Shown: piece by piece, positions 1 through 10,195 of the stretch
Layout of the letters: every line of letters begins with the position of its first letter
Numbering within the stretch: position 1 is the first letter of the stretch
From: a bacterium
GTDB taxonomy: Bacteria; Electryoneota; Electryoneia; Electryoneales; Electryoneaceae
DNA: 64,000 nt
Direction: 5' to 3'
NCBI GenBank assembly: GCA_963669175.1
Contig: OY769902.1
Coordinates: 4,992,001 to 5,056,000, forward strand
Notes under the pieces: model-generated
What the model was told of the DNA's origin: nothing
Databases searched by the model: none
Seen by the model: the letters and a program-made list of their open reading frames with translations, nothing else
Translations under genes and position numbers: made by a program

Positions 1-192
1 ACGATCAAGCCGATGAACACCGGCTCCTGTTGCAAAAAAGACCTCCTGACGTCCGATGACGATGTTATGGACATCACGAGCATCTCCCCACGCCATCCAG
101 TCACCCTCTTCGAATTGGGTTTGCGCGAAACAGGTGGAAGGGGGGACGGCTAGAAGCAGAAAGAGATAAGCCAGATTACGGTATGTCAGCAT
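1..192 (-). CDS. 5' part of a secreted protein (truncated by window edge), possibly beta-propeller
   Basis: Manual translation from ATG at 192: MLTYRNLAYLFLLLAVPPSTCFAQTQFEEGDWMAWGDARDVHNIVIGRQEVFFATGAGVHRLDR. Signal-peptide-like N-terminus; frame stays open to the edge. Confidence 0.65.
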   Translation of the reverse strand, partial: MLTYRNLAYLFLLLAVPPSTCFAQTQFEEGDWMAWGDARDVHNIVIGRQEVFFATGAGVHRLDR

Positions 193-312
193 CTGCAATC
201 CCGTTAAAAGGTTGTAACGCTGTGATAAAACCTGACAACTGAGGCCGGATACGTTGTATTGTCTTTTTTGATACCCGGAAAAAAGGATTTGGTTCCTTTC
301 TCCAGGCCATGA

Positions 313-705
313 TCACGGGTTTTCTCTATACGCATTTACGATTGCAGTCGCAAATTTGCCCTCATGCGAAATCGACACATGGAAAATAGGACACTGGTGA
401 TGTTTGGCGGCTTCATCGGTCAATGTGACCTGCGGCTGGCCTTTGTCGTTATGAGAAACTTCTATCTCCCGCCAGCCCAGTTCATTTCCGAAACCACAAC
501 CCAATGCCTTTGCCACAGCTTCTTTCACCGCCCAGATGCCTGCCATATGAGAAGCGCGGAATACGCCTGTTCCTGTAGAAGCCAGCTCCTTTTCGCTGAA
601 GATGCGTGATAAGAACCGTTCATCCTCAAGCTTCTCTTCAAAGCGTTGAATACGAACCAGGTCAATCCCAACACCAACTGGAACAAGCATGTGAACGTCC
701 TTCAT
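313..705 (-). CDS. acpS: holo-[acyl-carrier-protein] synthase
   Basis: GVGIDLV, WAVKEAVAKALG.G, G.P and VSISHE motifs. Start moved to the ATG at 705 because the longer ORF overlaps the upstream gene. Confidence 0.93.
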   Translation of the reverse strand: MKDVHMLVPVGVGIDLVRIQRFEEKLEDERFLSRIFSEKELASTGTGVFRASHMAGIWAVKEAVAKALGCGFGNELGWREIEVSHNDKGQPQVTLTDEAAKHHQCPIFHVSISHEGKFATAIVNAYRENP

Positions 706-773
706 GGCAATACTCCACTGGTTGTGTTCCCGGGAACACTCATGAACAGATGACGAGAGTACGTATGGTCTGA

Positions 774-1481
774 CTATACCCAACGTTCCACCAAGGCTAT
801 AATTTCCTTGACATCTTCTACAACCGCATCTGCTACCTGATGCGCCTGTTCCTGCGGGACTTCACTGCCATACATGGCGTGCACGGTTTTCATGCCCAGC
901 TTCTTCGCACCGATGACATCACGCTCAACCCAGTCCCCAACCATCAGGCACTGTTCCGGTTTCAGGTTGAGCTTTTTCAACACTGTTTTAAACGGTTTCG
1001 GGGAAGGCTTCCATTCCCCGGTATCATCAAAAGTGACTACCGTATCAAACAGATCATCAATGCCAAGGTAACGCAAGCGTAACCAGGCCTGTATTGCAGG
1101 CGCATCCGACAGAACAGCCGTCTTCACTCCCATTCGAATCAAAGCAATTAATGTTGAACGAACATGGGGGTAAGGGACCAGCATGGATTCACGGACCCGA
1201 CGGTAGGCGACTACTCCCGCAGCCAGGATGCGCGGATCAACCTTCCCCAGAACCTCGGTCAACATCTGGTCAAAGACACGCTGAAATTCGATGCCTTCCA
1301 ACTCGTATACGTTGAACACTCTTCGCTGTATTTCATCAACGGTCAGGTTCAAGCCCGCATCAATCATGGCAATCGCGGCTTCCTCTACCGCCTTTTCCTT
1401 CATCGTCATGAAATCAAACAGGGTATTATCCAAGTCAAATACTACGCCCCGTAAACCGCCGGGTGTTCCGTCCTTGATCAT
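774..1481 (-). CDS. HAD-IA family hydrolase
   Basis: FDLDNTL (motif I), LSD (II), KPSP (III), VGDWVERD (IV). Confidence 0.9.
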   Translation of the reverse strand: MIKDGTPGGLRGVVFDLDNTLFDFMTMKEKAVEEAAIAMIDAGLNLTVDEIQRRVFNVYELEGIEFQRVFDQMLTEVLGKVDPRILAAGVVAYRRVRESMLVPYPHVRSTLIALIRMGVKTAVLSDAPAIQAWLRLRYLGIDDLFDTVVTFDDTGEWKPSPKPFKTVLKKLNLKPEQCLMVGDWVERDVIGAKKLGMKTVHAMYGSEVPQEQAHQVADAVVEDVKEIIALVERWV

Positions 1482-1565
1482 CTATCAGTATCCTTTGTCG
1501 AGTGTTTTTGTTGTTACTCTTTTCTGTTTTTAATCAGTCTTGCAACTTCTAATTCATAATACTGA

Positions 1566-1840
1566 CTCTCATCCCAGCGAAGCAGACTGTATCAGAATGT
1601 CCCATACTCTCATTCCTTCGAAGGAAGGAATCCAGTCATGTTGCGATATTACAAGAGGTCAAATATCCTCAAGAAGCACGGTACATTGAAAGTCGCATAT
1701 GTGTTCAACTTGTTATTTTGTCGATACTTGCCTGGATCCCAGCCTTCGCTGGGATGAGAGCGTCAGTGATTCGACGACACCTTGCGTCGCTGGGATGAGA
1801 GTGTTTTCTATTCTGATACAGCCTGTTATGCTGGGGATGA
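1566..1840. repeat. palindromic (REP-like) cluster of the ATCCCAGC...GCTGGGATGA type
   Basis: ctctcatcccagcgaagcagactgtatcagaat (1566) is inverted relative to attctgatacagcctgttatgctggggatga (~1810). Internal copies of gctgggatgagag at ~1748 and ~1789. Confidence 0.7.
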
Positions 1841-1892
1841 TAAAATAGGACATTTTGTCCAAACCCTTTATTGATGGTTTTACAGCCAGCGC

Positions 1893-2432
1893 TTATTCCA
1901 GTCCCATTTCCACCGCTGTTTGGTAAAGCGTTCCCCAGTGCAGGCTGTGGCCGAACACCATACCGACTCCCAGCGCAATGATGGACACCATCAGTACAGA
2001 GACTTGACTATAGCGAAAGCTGCTTTCCCCCAGGCGATTCTTCACCCACAACCACACCAGGATTCCCGTACCACTTCCCAAAAGATCCATAATCCAGTCG
2101 ACAATATCTTCCAGTTCAGCCGGTCTTGCCAGAGCCTGCAAACCTTCATCAATCAGACCGAAAACCAGAACACTCAACCACAACCAGTGATAGCTGAAAC
2201 GGTTGCCAAATCTTCCAGCAACCAGAATCCCACCCATGCAATACAAACCGAAATGAACCAGTTTATCAGAAAAGGGCAATCCGGTCATGGTCGTCAGTGG
2301 AGGCGTCATTTCAGATGGCAACAATGCCATATAGATTATCAACGCACCCCACAAAACAAGGATGCAGGTCCATCCCCATTGTAGTGAGGATTCAAATTGA
2401 GAATCATCTATCCGTTCACTTTCTCTTTTCAT
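1893..2432 (-). CDS. VanZ-like membrane protein
   Basis: SDKLVHFGLY, DEGLQ..R and DW.MD..G motifs; several TM segments. Start chosen at the ATG at 2432. Confidence 0.8.
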   Translation of the reverse strand: MKRESERIDDSQFESSLQWGWTCILVLWGALIIYMALLPSEMTPPLTTMTGLPFSDKLVHFGLYCMGGILVAGRFGNRFSYHWLWLSVLVFGLIDEGLQALARPAELEDIVDWIMDLLGSGTGILVWLWVKNRLGESSFRYSQVSVLMVSIIALGVGMVFGHSLHWGTLYQTAVEMGLE

Positions 2433-2436
2433 ACTG

Positions 2437-4179
2437 TTATTCGCATGGCTGGCTGATATGCGCACGTTCCTGCCAGAGAAAACGAATGATCCCCGCACGA
2501 ATCCCTTCGGCCGTTGCCTGCATGAACGCTGGATCTACTGTCAACTGTTCCTCTTCCGGGTGCATCATGAACCCGCACTCAATCAGGACCGAGGGGCAGG
2601 AAGTCAAGCGCGGAATTGCCAGATCCTGAAAACGGATGCCATTACCTTCCCAGCCAACATAATCGCAAATCGCGCGGTACAGGCTTTCCGCGTACTCCAG
2701 CGAGTGCCTGTGGTTGTAATGCAGCGAGACGCCATGATGCCGCATGGGGTTGGTGCCCTGTCCAACCGCATTGTAGTGTACACTCAGCACGAGGTCGGCC
2801 TGGTGATCTTTGGCAAACTGCACACGTTCGCGCAGTCCCATGGCACGATCGTCATCCTTGGTAAGGAAAACCGATGCGCCTGCGTTTTTCAGGACTTCTT
2901 TTATAACATTCGCCAGCACCGGCAGGGTTTCCTTTTCGGATATGCCCGTTGGTCCCACGGCGCCGGTGCTATACCCGCCATGACCCGGATCAACGACTAT
3001 CGTCATTCCCGCCAATGGCTGATCTTTGGTCATCTCAAATGCTGGCGGTTCGGTAATGGTCCAGACGAGATAATTAGCCTCGAACGTGACATCCCAGCCC
3101 CACAGGTATTCGGGATGGATGAAAGCGCGTAGCTGATAAGTTGCAGGATCAAGCTGACGCCAGCGTACTTCATCAACCACTCTGCTCCCGACCGGCTGAT
3201 GCAAAACATCTGTCCAGCCTTTCGCGCCATAGAGCGTCAGCGCCAGCATGCCATCGGCAGTTCGTTCAACACGGAACGGCATCCGGTAACAACCGACCGG
3301 AACCTGTATACGTGTGGTCCTGCCCTCATAGTCACACCTGACCACCTTGATCACGGGCGGTTCCGGCAGCGTTGCCCCGGAGTCTATTTCGCAGAATTCA
3401 TCCCGAATCCATCCCACATCGCCATCGCCCAACGGCACCCGGTACATGCGGTGACTGCTGTCACGAAAATCCGGCAGATAGCCATCGGTATACAGCAGGG
3501 TTCCCGGAACCGGGAAAAGATCATACGCGCCCGGCCAGGTGCATCGTATCACCCCATCACGCCACTCGGTCGGATGAGTTGAAATTACTCCGGAGAAAGG
3601 TATTACCGGCTGCTGTTCAGCGGCTTCCTCGGCTTCCACATCATCTGCCAGGCGGAAATAGACCGTGCGCTTCAGATCCAGCATTTCACCGTCCAGTTCC
3701 TGCGACGGCGCAACATACCGGATTGGGACCACACCATAACGACCTTCGGCCCATACGCCCGGGGAATCAACAACCTTCACCTGGTCATACCCCACCCAGG
3801 CCAGCCAGCCGCCACCGGGATGAATCGGAATAGTATCCCCGCAGATGATCAGGGTGCCGTTGATATCAGTAACATTGCCGAGCACGAACACAGAGTCTTC
3901 GGGACCGTAGGCAACAAGGCTGTCTTTCAATCCCAACTTGGGGTATATAATGGTAAAACCGGCTTCGGTACGTGGAAGTGGCTTGGGGGTATAGACCGGG
4001 TAACCTTCCTGTTCCAGCAGTGGAGTTGCTGGTTTTTGCGCCTGATCCGGCATTTCCGAAAGGGGCAATCTCTGATCAGCGGCCAGTGGAATTCGTGGCC
4101 CCGCACATCCATACAGCATCAAGGCAGAAAGAAGAATTACTATCAGTATCATCCCGTGTCTGATCCTTGAATTCTGCAT
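2437..4179 (-). CDS. N-acetylmuramoyl-L-alanine amidase (Amidase_3), lipoprotein
   Basis: Lipobox LMLYG-C; C-terminal VDPGHGG, EK, SVHYNA and LIECGFM zinc-amidase motifs. Confidence 0.9.
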   Translation of the reverse strand: MQNSRIRHGMILIVILLSALMLYGCAGPRIPLAADQRLPLSEMPDQAQKPATPLLEQEGYPVYTPKPLPRTEAGFTIIYPKLGLKDSLVAYGPEDSVFVLGNVTDINGTLIICGDTIPIHPGGGWLAWVGYDQVKVVDSPGVWAEGRYGVVPIRYVAPSQELDGEMLDLKRTVYFRLADDVEAEEAAEQQPVIPFSGVISTHPTEWRDGVIRCTWPGAYDLFPVPGTLLYTDGYLPDFRDSSHRMYRVPLGDGDVGWIRDEFCEIDSGATLPEPPVIKVVRCDYEGRTTRIQVPVGCYRMPFRVERTADGMLALTLYGAKGWTDVLHQPVGSRVVDEVRWRQLDPATYQLRAFIHPEYLWGWDVTFEANYLVWTITEPPAFEMTKDQPLAGMTIVVDPGHGGYSTGAVGPTGISEKETLPVLANVIKEVLKNAGASVFLTKDDDRAMGLRERVQFAKDHQADLVLSVHYNAVGQGTNPMRHHGVSLHYNHRHSLEYAESLYRAICDYVGWEGNGIRFQDLAIPRLTSCPSVLIECGFMMHPEEEQLTVDPAFMQATAEGIRAGIIRFLWQERAHISQPCE

Positions 4180-4196
4180 GACTTCCTTCCGATGGG

Positions 4197-4985
4197 TTAA
4201 TCGTTTGCTTTTACAAGACGCTGATACAACAGGTAAATCCCTTCCAACACGAGATCAGGTTCTATCGCCTGAATTTCGGGCAACAGCGGTTGCATCATGT
4301 GTGCCTGACCGCCTGTGGCAATGATGGTGGCGTTGGGAGCGTTTAATTCCTCACGAATCGCTTCGATCAGACCACGAATGCCGGACGCGGTTCCACGTAA
4401 CAGACCTATTCGGATACTCTCATCGGTTGTGGTGCCAATCGCCTTGTCGGGTACATGAAAATGAACCTTGGGGAGCAACGCTGCGGCGCTATGCAACGAT
4501 TCCATGGCTGTTTCGAGACCGGGCATGATCACCCCGCCCAGGTAGCCGCCTTCATGATTGACCACATCGATGGTGATCGCCGTCCCGAAATCCAGGATCA
4601 GCAACGGGCCGCCATACTTGGCGAAACCGGCAACAGCATCACAGACACGATCCGCTCCGACAGCGCGCGGATTCCGGTACAGGTTCAGGAATCCTTCCAT
4701 CTCGCCACGGATAAAGACAGGCTTCACACCCAGATATGATTCCGCCATCTCGCCAAAGACCATCCCGGCCTTCGGGGCAACGCTGGCGATAGCAACAGCG
4801 TTCACTTCTTCCGGCTGAACCCCGGCATCACGGCACAGCATCGTAACCAGCACACCCGCTTCATCTGCCGTCCTTCCCGAACGTGTGGACAACCTGCGCC
4901 GAATGGTCAGCTTGTCTCCACGGAATATGCCCAGAACGACATGGGTGTTGCCGATATCAAGCGCCAGCAGGACAGACTCACTCAT
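4197..4985 (-). CDS. coaX: type III pantothenate kinase
   Basis: LALDIGNT, GADR, DFGTAIT, GGVIMPG, ATGG motifs; downstream of birA. Confidence 0.95.
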   Translation of the reverse strand: MSESVLLALDIGNTHVVLGIFRGDKLTIRRRLSTRSGRTADEAGVLVTMLCRDAGVQPEEVNAVAIASVAPKAGMVFGEMAESYLGVKPVFIRGEMEGFLNLYRNPRAVGADRVCDAVAGFAKYGGPLLILDFGTAITIDVVNHEGGYLGGVIMPGLETAMESLHSAAALLPKVHFHVPDKAIGTTTDESIRIGLLRGTASGIRGLIEAIREELNAPNATIIATGGQAHMMQPLLPEIQAIEPDLVLEGIYLLYQRLVKAND

Positions 4986-5826
4986 TGATTTCCTCGATAC
5001 TTTCGGCAGAATTGATCACCCGTGGCACACCGTTATCCTCTACCAGTAACGCCCCGGTTTCCGCGATACCACGAATTCTGCCCTCAATCGGAATGGCATC
5101 CTTGCTGTGCTTTACCCGTACATAACGCCCGACAGCGCCTGATGCCTGCAACCAGCTCTCCCTGACTTCGTCGGGATAATATTTCCACTGATCAATGCGC
5201 TTGGCAAGGTGTGGCAGAAAGGCAGTCAGCAAACCGGCGCGTGTCCAGTCAAGCTCTGCCTCTTCGGACAGTGAAGTGCCGGGATACAGCAGAAGTCGTT
5301 CCTGATCCGCCCCCAGCGGGTAAATGTTGACACCGACACCGATCACAACCACCCAACCCGCTTTCGTTTCCTGCGATTCACAAAGCACACCGGCCAGTTT
5401 ACCCCGTTCGCTGAACACATCATTCGGCCACTTCAAACGAAGCTGGACTTCTCCGCCACGCCTTCTTGCTTCCGCCTCGATGGCTTCTTTCAGAGCTAGC
5501 CCCGCCACCAACGGCAACAGCGTCACCGGTGAACGGCTGTCATTCAGTTGAACCAGAACGGAAACGTACAATCCCCCCAGCGGACTGATCCAGCGACGTT
5601 CGTGACGTCCTCGCCCGGAAGTCTGGTAATTGGCGACCAGCACAGTCCAGTCGTTATCCTGAACATCGGAAACGATGTCCATCAGATCACGATTGGTCGA
5701 TTCGGTTGATTCCTTCCACAGCACTCGCAGCATCGGCAATTTGTGGCGCAACACCGCTTCCAGACGCTTTGTATCTATCGCATCAATGGGGTGTAAGCCG
5801 TTGTGTATGGAATCAGACATATGCAT
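4978..5826 (-). CDS. birA: biotin--[acetyl-CoA carboxylase] ligase (no obvious N-terminal HTH)
   Basis: STN, QTSGRGR..R.W.SP.GG, KWPND, KLAGVL.E, GVGVN motifs. Confidence 0.93.
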   Translation of the reverse strand: MHMSDSIHNGLHPIDAIDTKRLEAVLRHKLPMLRVLWKESTESTNRDLMDIVSDVQDNDWTVLVANYQTSGRGRHERRWISPLGGLYVSVLVQLNDSRSPVTLLPLVAGLALKEAIEAEARRRGGEVQLRLKWPNDVFSERGKLAGVLCESQETKAGWVVVIGVGVNIYPLGADQERLLLYPGTSLSEEAELDWTRAGLLTAFLPHLAKRIDQWKYYPDEVRESWLQASGAVGRYVRVKHSKDAIPIEGRIRGIAETGALLVEDNGVPRVINSAESIEEINE

Positions 5827-5991
5827 ACCAGGTTGACTCGCTTAAACGAACGATGCCACAAGATAACACATTGAACTCCAAAGGGCAGCACACTTACCGG
5901 AAAGATCTTCAGAAGCAATCAATAGAGAACAGGCTTGATCCATGAATTATTTCACCGGACATTGTGAATTCATTCTACGGGAGGTGACACA

Positions 5992-6684
5992 ATGCTGGGA
6001 ATCCTCGGCGGGACATCATTTAAAAACTCAGACGCTTTACAACAGGGTGAAACAATCGGGATTGCAACGCAGTATGGCACCGTCACCCTGTTCAAATCTG
6101 AACGTGTCGCATTTATTTCCCGTCATGGTCTGGACGGTCTGACCCCTCCCCATCAAGTCAACCATGCCGCCCATTTCGCGGCTTTCAAGGAAGTCGGTGT
6201 GACCCGTGTGCTTGGCTTTGGCTCCTGTGGCAGCCTGAAACCGGATCTTCCCCCGGGGACCCTGGTTATGCCGAACGACTATTTCTCGCCATTCCGGGTT
6301 GTCACCCTCAACGATGTAAAAATCGAGTACACGGTTCCGGGACTGGACATGAGCTGGCGTGGAAAAGTGATGACTGCACTACAACAGGCCGGTCTGAATC
6401 CTGTGGATGACGGTGTTTATGTGGAAACCCTGGGACCACGTTTTGAGACCCCGGCGGAGGTGCGCTGGCTGGCTACTGTCGGCGATGTGGTGGGAATGAC
6501 CTGTGCTGCTGAAGCGACAATCGCAAAGGAAATCGGACTGCCCTACTGCATCCTGAACATGATTGACAACTACGCCAATGGCTTGAGCGTTGAGCCTCTG
6601 ACCGGAGACAGTTTCCACGAACAGGTTAAAACGAACCTGGGGCGTATCGAGAAAGCGTTACAGGTGATTGTCGAAAAGACGTGA
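5992..6684 (+). CDS. MTAP/MTIP-family purine nucleoside phosphorylase
   Basis: GILGGT, SRHG, HQVN, GPRFETPAE, VVGMT motifs; GGGAGG RBS. DNYANG in place of the MTAP TDYD motif suggests 6-oxopurine (inosine-type) preference. Confidence 0.88.
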   Translation: MLGILGGTSFKNSDALQQGETIGIATQYGTVTLFKSERVAFISRHGLDGLTPPHQVNHAAHFAAFKEVGVTRVLGFGSCGSLKPDLPPGTLVMPNDYFSPFRVVTLNDVKIEYTVPGLDMSWRGKVMTALQQAGLNPVDDGVYVETLGPRFETPAEVRWLATVGDVVGMTCAAEATIAKEIGLPYCILNMIDNYANGLSVEPLTGDSFHEQVKTNLGRIEKALQVIVEKT

Positions 6685-6686
6685 GC

Positions 6687-7199
6687 TTACCACCCGATCC
6701 GGTAGGAATATTCACCCTGTTCCCAGGAACCATTGCCGTTGGGAACGCCCACGGCAAATACGACTCGTGAACCGCCTGAATCCCAGCCGACCTTGAAATC
6801 ATCACCCGTCTCAAGACTGCCTGCTTCACCATTGGACAGCAGGTACTCCCAGCCATGCCCATTGTGCTGCACAGCCAGCCAGCCGAAAGTGTTCCGGGTT
6901 TCGTTGTAGTAGTAAAGGATGGACTTGTGTTCCGGTTCCAGCGTGTTCCAGTAAGAACGATTATCCCAGATATGAGTTCGGGTTACACCGCAGGCGAATT
7001 CAATATCGGCCTGAACCGCAGCATCAATGCCTTCGGAAGTAAACGGTGCAAAACCATTGACCACTTCATGACGGAAAAAAATGCGGTCGCCTTGTGAGGT
7101 CGTATAATACTTGCCACCAGCCAGTTGGGGACCGTTGTCCGGGTTGGCCAGAACCAATCCTGAAACCAGCAGAAGTAAAAACCCTATCGTTCTTTTCAC
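6687..7199 (-). CDS. hypothetical exported protein
   Basis: From GTG at 7199: MKRTIGFLLLLVSGLVLA signal peptide; aromatic-rich, ends YSYRIGW. Confidence 0.65.
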   Translation of the reverse strand: MKRTIGFLLLLVSGLVLANPDNGPQLAGGKYYTTSQGDRIFFRHEVVNGFAPFTSEGIDAAVQADIEFACGVTRTHIWDNRSYWNTLEPEHKSILYYYNETRNTFGWLAVQHNGHGWEYLLSNGEAGSLETGDDFKVGWDSGGSRVVFAVGVPNGNGSWEQGEYSYRIGW

Positions 7200-7325
7200 G
7201 AAATGCTCACCATTTTGCATATAGTGTTTCTCGGTTGCCTTACAGTCTAAAGTTGACGATAGTTTTTCCAAGCACTGAACATCTGTCTTGTTTTGGTCCG
7301 GTTCTTTCTGGTTGCAATCATTCTA

Positions 7326-8484
7326 GTGCCATTTTAGATCAAGTTAACTCGTTTATCGCGATGGTCTGACTGACCTTTCAGCTTGTGTTTGTTTCGGTAT
7401 CGCAGATAAGCCTGGATAGCTTGGCCCTGTTCTTGATGGTCCATGAAGGTTCGTCCTCGTAGCGCGAATTTTTTCAATGCGGCGAAGTGAGCTTCGATGC
7501 GGTTCAGCCATGATGCATAGGTCGGCGTGAAGACCAGCGTGACCCGGTTTCGTTTGGCCCATTGTCTGATTTCTGCTTTTTTATGCGAGCCACGGTTGTC
7601 GAGGATGATGTAGAGCCGGACAGTGGACGGATAACGTTTCCGAATGTTTTTGAAGAACGCCAACACCTCTGGCCACCGCTGGTTTGGACGTTGCCAGCCC
7701 CACAATTGATCACTGTGGATGTCATACGCTGCCAGCAGATAGCGCGTGCCATGGGTACGCGTATAGGTAGCCGGCAGACGGACGGGTTGCTTGTGAGGAT
7801 GCCAGCTCGCACCCGCGTGGGGCCGGATCTCCAGCGGCCCGAACTCGTCAAAGCAGATCACGCGCCGGTTTGCCTTCGGCGGCGCGTCATAGAGACGTCG
7901 GATGCGTTTTTTTTTCTGTCAAACTCGGGGTCCGGAGACTGTTTCCATGTCTTACTCTGCTGATAGCTGATCTTATTCTTGTGCAGCAACCAGCGCAGGT
8001 GCGGCAGGCTGATCGATTCGATGATGCCTTCTGCGACCAGATAATCGCGAAGCTTCTCCAGGGACCATTGGCCGAAGGGTAAGCCGAGATGGTCTGGCGG
8101 CGTAACAACAACGTCAACGATCTGCTTCTGGACAGCAGCATCGAACTTGAGCGGCTTCTGGCCTTTGTACTGACTGCCAACACAGGAAAGACCCTGTTCA
8201 TTGAAAGCATGAACGATCTTGCGGATGTAACTGGCATGCCCCATCCGTTGCTGCTGAAGCTGCACAGGGGACAGGCCGGTATCTGTCGCCAACAAAATCA
8301 TCGCACGGCGACGGGCTACGGGATCAGGACTACGATCACGAATCCGTTGAAGGGAATGACCTTCATCGACTGTCAAAGAACGAAGCTTCACTGGGGTAGA
8401 CATCAGAACCTCCTTGTTAACCTACCCCTTATACGCACTACTTTCAAAAACGACTCAACACTCAGACTTGATCTAAACTGGCAC
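7326..8484 (-). mobile_element. IS630-family insertion sequence, apparently complete
   Basis: Terminal IRs gtgccattttagatcaagt / gtgccagtttagatcaagt (1 mismatch), flanked by duplicated TA (7324-5, 8485-6) in CTAG context. Confidence 0.93.
7334..8403 (-). CDS. IS630 transposase (HTH ORF 7858-8403 + DDE ORF 7334-7861 joined by a -1 frameshift)
   Basis: HTH part RRAMILL...WSLEKL; DDE part CFDE, ILDN..SHK, TPTYASWLNRIE. An A9 run at 7907-7915 links the frames (...DRKKK-RIRRLY...). Confidence 0.9.
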
Positions 8485-8544
8485 TAGGATTGTTATTTTA
8501 TTGTTTTAACAAGTTTTAGCAGACATTAGCATATATTAGCGTGT

Positions 8545-8750
8545 ATTAGCAGGCTTTAGCCTGCTCCTCTTAGCCCCCGGCTTCAGCCGGGGGAACAGGA
8601 ACCACAGAAACATCGAGCGCCCTTCAGGGTGCTTCCCTAATTCTCATTATTATCACTGGTAAGCACGCTAAAGCGCGCTCAAAGTTTTTATTATATCCAC
8701 CCACCCGGCTAAAGCCGGGTGCTAAGAGGAGCCTGCTAAAGCAGGCTAAT
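8545..8750. repeat. REPIN-like inverted pair of compound palindromes
   Basis: attagcaggctttagcctgctcctcttagcccccggcttcagccgggg (~8546-8592) is inverted relative to cacccggctaaagccgggtgctaagaggagcctgctaaagcaggctaat (~8702-8750). Confidence 0.8.
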
Positions 8751-8848
8751 TACTTTCGAATCAACTAGCGCTTTCGGGAACTACCAAAACACCACAAGCA
8801 CAACCATTACACCACGAGCACTACCATAACATGAAGTGGCAATCTGCA

Positions 8849-10051
8849 TCATTCACGCCCAGAGCGCAAGGCAATCACCCTGAATGGAGAAACTTTCAGG
8901 AGTTGTTCTTCCTCGAGAGAGTCCGGCACAAACAGGCATACATCTTCGGGAGCGAAACCATCAAGGGCTATATCCCCCACCACACGCCATTCCTGCTCCA
9001 CAGACCAGTCGTACCCCTCCGGCTTCACAGTCTGTATGAACAACCGCTCTTTGGCAGTATAGTGTTTGGCCTCATCAAGCGAGAGATACTTGACTGCCCG
9101 GCCGTCAACCCGTTCCAGTGCTTCACGTCTGATCCCGATACCAAAAGGTTCATAGGCCGGACGCACCTGCCGTGGACGCCATACCATCAATGCCACCATG
9201 TCCGCAGGATGAGCCGCCGACAGTGATACCAGTTCCACTCCCCCCGGCATACGCCATGCGGTTCCGTGAATACAGTTCTCCTCAAGAATCTGCATCAGCG
9301 ACTGCCACGCCGAACGGTGGTATTCCTTTTTGGATGCGACAAGTTCACGGAAATAATCATTCGCCGTCTCACCGGGCCATGGACCGGGCGAACGTCGCGT
9401 CCAGTGAACAACAAAATCCCATGATTCCTTCGAGATTAATTTAGCAACCTCGTCACGGGCTACCTGAATCATCGGCTCCGGTTTGGTAGGAGCATACTCA
9501 GTTCTGAAATCGTTATTCAGCTTTGCGTGGTACTGTGTTTCCTGAAGCGCTGTGTTGAAGAACCCACCCTCACGGATGGAAACCGGGTACAGGCGTGTTG
9601 CGTGGTCCAGAATCCACCGGTCACGTGCATGCCAGGCTGCCTTGGGTGAGCTCTTGACCGGCTCGGCGTAGGGGATCAGCAGGGTTTGTTGCGGCATAAG
9701 GCGAAACGAGCGTGAGGTTTCTATCAGCACTCGTCGAATCCCTGCATCTTCCATGGTCTCCGGCACACCGACCAGCGCGACCAACGGCCCCAACACTTCA
9801 CCCGCCGCCCATGAGGCCAACTCCCAGGTATTCATCCCGAACGAGGACAGCAGGACTTTTTCATCCTGGCAGGCGTGCGCCACCGCGGAAAGAGTGTTGC
9901 GTACCCAGCCTTCGTCCCCAGTCGGATACCGGTTCTGACGCGAGTTCAACACTGCCGCCAACGGGCGAGCGAACAACGTCTCATCGCCGTACCACAGGGA
10001 TTTCGGAAAAAGAGTAAGGGGTTGCATGTCCACGCGAAAACTCCGGCACAT
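8849..10051 (-). CDS. hypothetical protein: DprA/SLOG-like N-domain + AbiGi/ART-like C-domain (tentative)
   Basis: 400-aa ORF (start may be the ATG at 10027). N-half: AVLNSRQ, RDRWILDHA..LYPVSIREGG. C-half: VHWTR, LMQILEE..I.G, VSLS, YEPFGIG, W..EQEWR. Confidence 0.6.
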   Translation of the reverse strand: MCRSFRVDMQPLTLFPKSLWYGDETLFARPLAAVLNSRQNRYPTGDEGWVRNTLSAVAHACQDEKVLLSSFGMNTWELASWAAGEVLGPLVALVGVPETMEDAGIRRVLIETSRSFRLMPQQTLLIPYAEPVKSSPKAAWHARDRWILDHATRLYPVSIREGGFFNTALQETQYHAKLNNDFRTEYAPTKPEPMIQVARDEVAKLISKESWDFVVHWTRRSPGPWPGETANDYFRELVASKKEYHRSAWQSLMQILEENCIHGTAWRMPGGVELVSLSAAHPADMVALMVWRPRQVRPAYEPFGIGIRREALERVDGRAVKYLSLDEAKHYTAKERLFIQTVKPEGYDWSVEQEWRVVGDIALDGFAPEDVCLFVPDSLEEEQLLKVSPFRVIALRSGRE

Positions 10052-10080
10052 TTGATTGTATTACGTACCGCAAAATACGA

Positions 10081-10113
10081 ACAAGGGACCGGGTAACCTA
10101 CCCAATCCCTTGT
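10081..10113 (-). terminator. intrinsic terminator after tRNA
   Basis: acaaggga...tcccttgt hairpin with a T-rich tail on the minus strand. Confidence 0.6.
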
Positions 10114-10121
10114 TTTCTCTG

Positions 10122-10195
10122 TACCCCCGACAGGACTCGAACCTGTTGCCTTGGGATTAGGAATCCCACGCTCTATCCTGGTGAGCTACGGGGGC
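10122..10195 (-). tRNA. tRNA-Arg(CCT)
   Basis: GCCCCCGTAGCTCACCAGGATAGAGCG-TGGGA-TTCCTAA-TCCCA-AGGCAACAGGTTCGAGTCCTGTCGGGGGTA. Cloverleaf, anticodon CCT, CCA not encoded. Confidence 0.95.

Noticed and set aside
7326-10195. Integrative island at the tRNA-Arg 3' end
   Set aside because: No integrase and no duplicated tRNA 3' end (att site) seen.
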